NCBI RefSeq assembly: GCF_964204645.1
Contig: NC_134029.1
Location: forward strand, 17,044,950 to 17,108,949
Direction: 5' to 3'
From: Tubulanus polymorphus
Taxonomy: Eukaryota; Animalia; Nemertea
Length of the DNA stretch: 64,000 nt
Part shown: piece by piece, positions 57,873 through 64,000 of the stretch
Layout of the letters: every line of letters begins with the position of its first letter
Position numbering within the stretch: the first letter of the stretch is position 1
The notes under the pieces: generated by a model
What the model was told of the DNA's origin: nothing
Seen by the model: the letters and a program-made list of their open reading frames with translations, nothing else
Database searches by the model: none
Made by a program: the position numbers and the translations under genes

Positions 57873-58761
57873 ATAACATAAGAGAACGCATTAATAGCAT
57901 ACACTTAGCAAACTCGGATAAACGCATGTGTCGATAAATTTCTGCCATATTCCAGTCTTGCAATATGACAGTACTAATTATATGAATAAGTTGGACTTAA
58001 TCATACCTGTTAATCAACTATGAAAATGCCAAAATTTTGCGGATACATTTTACAGTTCCAAGTGATCCGAATTATGCTTACCCTTTTGCTATAGCTTTAA
58101 GTTGTGGTTACAAAAAATATAAGCAAATTCCACAGCCGAAAGGAGTTCATATAAATGATTTCGACTATTAAATAGGTTCTCCATTTTAGGGAGGGATTCA
58201 TTCAAATCTTATTTACAAAAGATGGAACATTTATCTAATCAACATCAATGGAAAAATGGATTGTATAAAAGTTTTGTTATCTCCATAAATGACAAGCAAA
58301 CAAACACTTTAAATCTATAACTATCTTGTTTCAAATTGATCAAGTATTTGACAATTTTTCTCATACTCTTTGTTTGTTTATTTTGCTTGGTTTACTAATA
58401 AATCTTATTCAAATTCTAACACACACACATTTTACACGAGAAATTCTCTCGATACTATAATGCTTAAGCAATGACAACAGTTTGCACTGTTACGTTTAAA
58501 ACTCAAAAATGAAAAAAGAATACGCTGAAAAAACGTTACAACAAAATTTCCAGAGACAGTGATTTTTACAGTTAGTGAATCCATAGGCTGAAATTTGTTA
58601 ATGAGTTTCATATAGTGATTCCAAAGATTCATTCCGTATGAAAGCAGACAGGAGTCAATCTTGTTTCGTTGTAACAATAAATTCAATGAATCTTTCCCCT
58701 ATTTTTGAACAAACACAGTGTTAGGTGGTGTAAAAACATTATCATACGCATTATCAAAGTA

Positions 58762-61700
58762 TTATCTATGTCGTTTTTTGGTTGATTTTTCTGTCGATGA
58801 ATCCTGAAAAAAGACCATAAAAAATTAGTCAATGAATTAACAGTTTTCTTGCATTATTGATAATGTCACTTTTGTCACGTTTCTAGTAAGTATGCCTAGT
58901 GCGCACCAAAAAATTCTCTGATTTTGGATAGATTGTCAATGATTTTTCCATACGAATATCCCCCCTGAAAGTACGCTATCTTTTTTCACTGCAGCGGTTT
59001 ACAAGGATAACGACAAAGCGAGGTACGAATGCACAATAGGAGAGGGTAAATACTATTCAGAAATTTCAGTTTCCAAAAATTGAAGTATCATCTTCAAATA
59101 CTGTTCTCTTTTGATGGTTTTTGCTCGACTGACTAGCCCAGCACAAAATAGTGGGAGGGGCTGATAAACTAAATTCAAACCTAGATTGCAAGTTAAAAGG
59201 AAAAGAGCACTTTTTTAGAGCACAAGGACTACTGGAGTACTGGAAGAAAAACCGGTTGGCCAGAGTGCGTCAATCCAGCCCATGGGCTTCTTGATTCTAA
59301 AATCATTCGTAAATAAAATAACCCCAGCAACAACAATGGGAGCTTCAAAACATTTGTACAGGTAAACGTATCACGTACATCCAATGAGTGACCTGGCATT
59401 CCTCACAAATAAATAGATTTTAAGCTTGAAAGTGCCTTCCAAAGGCAGCCCTACACACTTACAGTGCCATGCCCAATAAGGCAGCACAAGAGGTGACTAT
59501 GGACCTTACCCTAGTGAGAATAACCGCTTCAAAGGAAAGATCTGCTTCAATTCTCTGCATTAAGCAAGGTTCTCACTGGGTTGAAAATAAAGCATGGCGG
59601 TCCTCAGAAAGTGAGTGCAGAATTTATGAATTCATATATTTGCACAGTGCTCTGTGTTAACCTTTCATGGTACACCTGCAGGCCCTTTATCACAAAGAGA
59701 TGGAGCAAAAATTATACTAAAGGGAGCGTATGGATCAATTTCCTCAACAGCACACCAATTGGCAAACTATGTTCACTTGAAGTAATAAATGGTACCTGTT
59801 AATGCCTGCTTGGACTCCTACTCTGAAATGTCTGAAGGCAACAAATTCGATCTGAAGCCGATTTTATCTATTAACACACGTCCAAGTTCATCAGCATTTT
59901 CAAAAATTTTTAATTAGTACCAGTAACAGAAAATCAGAACGGTTGGCAGCCCACAAGAGCTCACTGGTTGGACCAATGGGTTAGACGAGAAGATACACAA
60001 TATCTGTGTATGATGATAACAAGAGAAATCCCACAATAACGAAGCCAAGATTGAAAAATTCTATATCAGAATGATTATATTTGAGGAGCGACGTTTCGGC
60101 TAACAACTGTTAGCCATCATCAGGCGGAGTACTTAAGTTCTTAATGCAAGCAAGCTCCCACTGGTCCCAACCATTCATTTGGGGTTTTTAAGAAAGGAAG
60201 GCCCCTTTAATAGAGCCTTACCTTTGCCCCGGTGACCTGGAATTATTATATTCTGACCAATAGGAGCTTGGGTTGCTGTAGCTGCATGCTTGTTCAGAGA
60301 GCATGCTTGGACAGAGGAGCCCTCTCAAGTAAGACGGGTCTGAGACTGGGCTGAACCAATCACCGTTGGTAACGTTTTCCCATGAAATATGTGAGGTGGC
60401 TCCCTCCACTCGATTTTCTAGAGTAAAAATTCTTCAATTTAAAGACAGGTCAGAAGCCTCAATACTCACATCATCTGCTTCTAAATGTCCTTTACTTTTT
60501 TTCTGATTATTTTCTTTACTGTCTCCCCCTGCGGCTTCATCATTTTCTTCTTCTTCCTCCCCATTCTCTGCTACATTTTCCTCCTGTTCATCGTCATCTG
60601 GACTTGGTTCATCAGTCTTCTTTCGTTCCGCAAGCGCATCCGGCTACAGATTAAAACAATAACTATTGAAAAATCTACTACGGAATTTCTTTCTTTCTAC
60701 ATGTAGGCCTACAAGGGGAGTGCCTTATACGATGGTCTGGAAGAAGTTTTAAATTTTACCTTAATTGGACCAGATTTGGGACAGCACCATATTGAGAGCA
60801 AAACGACAGGAATTAGAAGTACAATAACTAGTACACCCCAAAGCCAAGGCCTTTCATTTGTAGCATGCATAAATCCATCGATAACACTTGCCTAAAACAC
60901 AAACACCGAAGAGAAGTAAGACTGACCATCTATTTACCTTAGGTTTTGATGATGACATACAACAGTATGCTATCAGCAATACTGTTGGCAGTATTATGAC
61001 CAATATAAACACAGCCCATAACCATGGTTTTTCGTTAGTTACACTCAGAATTCCCTCCCAAACACTCTTCTGTAAAACAATTCAATATCCGTTTTTTTAG
61101 ATAAAAGTTCATGACAAATAGCGAATAAAGCTGCTTGGAAAGTTTTTCATGCAGAAATACATAAATGGAGATTTTTGAACAAAATTCAATATTTTGCACC
61201 ATTTTAATTCTATGATTGATTTAGGTTACAACATATTCAGTGCAGGATCAATATATTTTCCTTAGAAAAAAATCTTTTTTTCCTTAATCTAGAATTTCTA
61301 TGCACTCAGATCATCTGAATTGAAGAATAAATGACATGAATAAAATACATTCAATACCCCCGAAATGCTGCCTTCCTGAGCTATTTTAACAGCCCACGTT
61401 TGCGCGGCCCAGTCATCCGCAACATTCTTGGAATCGGTGATGATGAAATTATCGAAGGTAATACCATCGCTCATTGACCACAGTTCTAATCCAACTGCTT
61501 TCTATAAAACAAAAATAAACACAAAATTCATTTCATAAAGTGAATCACTCAAGTCATTCATTTGGAATGGCCTACCAATACACCAGCTAACCATATCACA
61601 AATGGAAATATTCATAGTTATATAATCAGCTAGTAAAAATTCATTCATTTTCAATCATATTTATTTCAGATAGTTTCCATTAAATTGCCGTAAGAATATA

Positions 61701-63644
61701 TTGATGCGCAAATAACCAGAATGATTAGTAGCTTAAGTAGATGGATCATCGTGGAATCTTTGATTACCCCACCAGTTTTGCTGGAAACAATGAGTTCTGA
61801 TTAACATTGGGGCTATTGAGCCGATTTGACCCGATATGCATGAAAATATCGAGGTTTATCATATATATGTACATATATTCATGACATTCAGATGGGAGTC
61901 AAGTTTTCACATTTTCCATATAAACAATCAGTTCCACAGATATTGTACTGTTTTCAAAATTTTTACTTACAATTGTTGTCATCCTGAACGGATTCTTGTC
62001 ATCAAAATAATCCGGATTAGGGATCATCCTTGGGGCCCATTTACCCTTGTAAGATGGATTATCTATCATTGGTGGTTTCCATTTGCCTTTATACTCAGGG
62101 TTTTTGATCATTGGTGGTTTCCATTCTCCGCATCCTGCCCCGTCAGTACATTTAGGATTATCTTGAATAAAAGTCAGGAGAAATATCAGTCTGATTGCCC
62201 TGCATAAATTCTTTCTACCAATTTAACAAACTCGTAATTGGACATGTGTGAGAATTTACAAGAAATCAAAATCCCAAAATCAAATTATGATGTGTTTCGA
62301 TCTAAATTCATTCTTGTTTCTCCGGTGAAAAGTATAAGGTCCAATTCTTTAAAGATGAAGCTGACTAAAAACTTACTGATCATAGGAGCTTCCCAATCTC
62401 CATCCATATCATCATCCCTACAAAAAAAATATCACCATATATATCATTGTAATAATGTGTAATACTAAACATTCAATAATTTATTTTTTGAACCCTGTAT
62501 GGCTGATTAGGAGACCAAAACTGCCCGCACATTGGCTAGTAAACCAAACCTAACAAGTTCTTGAAATCTCCAGAAATAGGCATTTGATTTGATTTCATTG
62601 ATTCTTATTTGATTTTATTTTCTATAACTCAACTTTATATCTGCAAATAATGAGTACTGAAGGGCCGGAGTCCTAAAGGGAGGCATGAAGGCTACCCTCA
62701 GAAAAATTTAGAAAATTTTCATTTCTCTGAGATCACTAGTAAGCGGATTAAGAAAATCTTGCATCAAAAGTTGTTTATTCAAACTAGGAAATAGATGATG
62801 TGTAGTTGCCTGTAAGGACACAGATTTGTCAGCAAGAGATGATCCAAACAACAGACTGTAGATTTGAATGCCACGATAATTCCTCATAGAAGATCAAGAT
62901 TTTCTATAAGGATAAAGTGATGTCAATATTTCCATCGCAATGCAGTGGTTTAAAAACTACAGAACAAACTGCTGTCACTCTTTTTTTTATACTAAGTAAC
63001 AAATGACCGATGGAATAATGAACAGCATTACACTGCTATCAGTAAGGATTCCAATCAGCAGAAACAGTTTTATTATGAGCAGCCAATCCAGCATTTGTTT
63101 AGCCAGAGACCCAAATATGACATCAATAACTACCACCTTCCTCCTTCCAATTTTCATAACGGATCTAGACGATCACATACATCACATACATTACATTTTG
63201 CTCTAAATAAATGAATTTCCAAAAGAAAGGTACTACCACATGCCTATATGAATGGATTCTGTCGGATGCAGGAACCATGAATAAGAGCCCTTTGTTGCCT
63301 ACAATATTTCAGTGTCAGAAAAATACTTTTGCACAAATCTTGCTCAATAACTCCATACTCAGATACATCGTCCATTTGGTCACACTAGAAAAATTTCTGA
63401 AAGTAATGGTCAGACTCACCAGTCGGTAGGCTTCTGAGCCTCTGGGTCCGCTATCAATTCAGGTTCGTCATCCAACCAACCACTTGGTTTCTCTGCAGAA
63501 GAATCGGGAATAGTTTCAGCTGCATTCTCATCCCAATCCTCCGGTTTGACAGCTTCAGGATCGGGTATCTTTTCCCGGTCGTCCCAATCCGTTGGCTTCC
63601 TATCATTCGGATCGATGATTTCTTTCGCTGGATTCACAGCAGGA
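58762..63644 (-). CDS. CANX: Calnexin, 3' part; exons 63420-63644, 62377-62417, 61971-62161, 61358-61501, 60938-61069, 60470-60643, 58762-58803
   Basis: P-domain repeats ([27 protein letters not shown]), [11 protein letters not shown] segment [14 protein letters not shown], acidic tail, ends KKRHR*; GT-AG junctions phase-consistent; 5' exons outside the window; last exon least certain. Confidence 0.93.
60088..60126 (-). ncRNA. Hammerhead-like motif in last calnexin intron
   Basis: CTGATGA-T-GGCTAAC-AGTT-GTTAGCC-GAAAC-GTC; stem I weak. Confidence 0.5.
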
Positions 63645-64000
63645 CTGAAAAGAAATAAAGCATGCAAAACAATGAGAGGCCAACAGTTTAAGGCCAAAAA
63701 TAAGTTTCTTAATTTTCGTTAAGGGTGCCCATCAGGTGGCGTTGGATTAGAGTCGTGTGCAACTAGATAGACAACCCACATGCATACACACGCAGTTTGT
63801 TATAAACACCTGCTCCACTAAGTGTTCTATACCGACGTGCACTAAAGTTTCATGTGGTGTTTTAATTAAAGAGGCTTAAGATAGAATAAACTTTCCTTGA
63901 TTATGAACTTGATTATAAATAATCATTAAAACTTTTAAGGTAGAGGAGGACTGCCAGTTTTGTAGTGGAATTCGTTATAATAATTCATTGATTTTTAGGG

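Noticed and set aside
54142-60409. Short ORFs downstream of and within calnexin
   Set aside because: No recognisable motifs; they lie in intergenic, intronic, MITE or antisense sequence

Overview
AT-rich animal (probably invertebrate) genomic DNA made mostly of nested mobile elements, ending in seven 3' exons of a calnexin gene. The main content is two related Polinton/Maverick (adintovirus-like) proviruses in opposite orientation. Element A (7176-27190, TSD CAGATA) is decayed but keeps an intact integrase. Element B (30984-48829, TSD ACCGGG) is nearly intact except for one nonsense codon in its integrase. Both lie inside one APE-type LINE (~6058-52243, minus strand), and B also lies inside a foldback element with a 9-bp TSD. 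The proviruses are unusual in four ways. First, 14 of B's 18 ORFs start in TAAATG, preceded by either a T-run or an A-rich box, resembling poxvirus late and intermediate promoters. Second, every terminus is a ~188-bp imperfect palindrome with conserved mismatches and a poxvirus-early-like motif. Third, the TIRs supply the same zinc-finger N-terminus to PolB and to a second gene. Fourth, no adenain protease gene is visible. Together these suggest (inference) a virophage-like element that depends on a cytoplasmic large DNA virus. The LINE ORF1 begins with an RNase H1-type hybrid-binding domain. Also present are a Penelope element with inverted arms and hammerhead ribozymes, inverted satellite arrays and several MITEs. 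All family assignments were made by eye from motifs; no searches were run.
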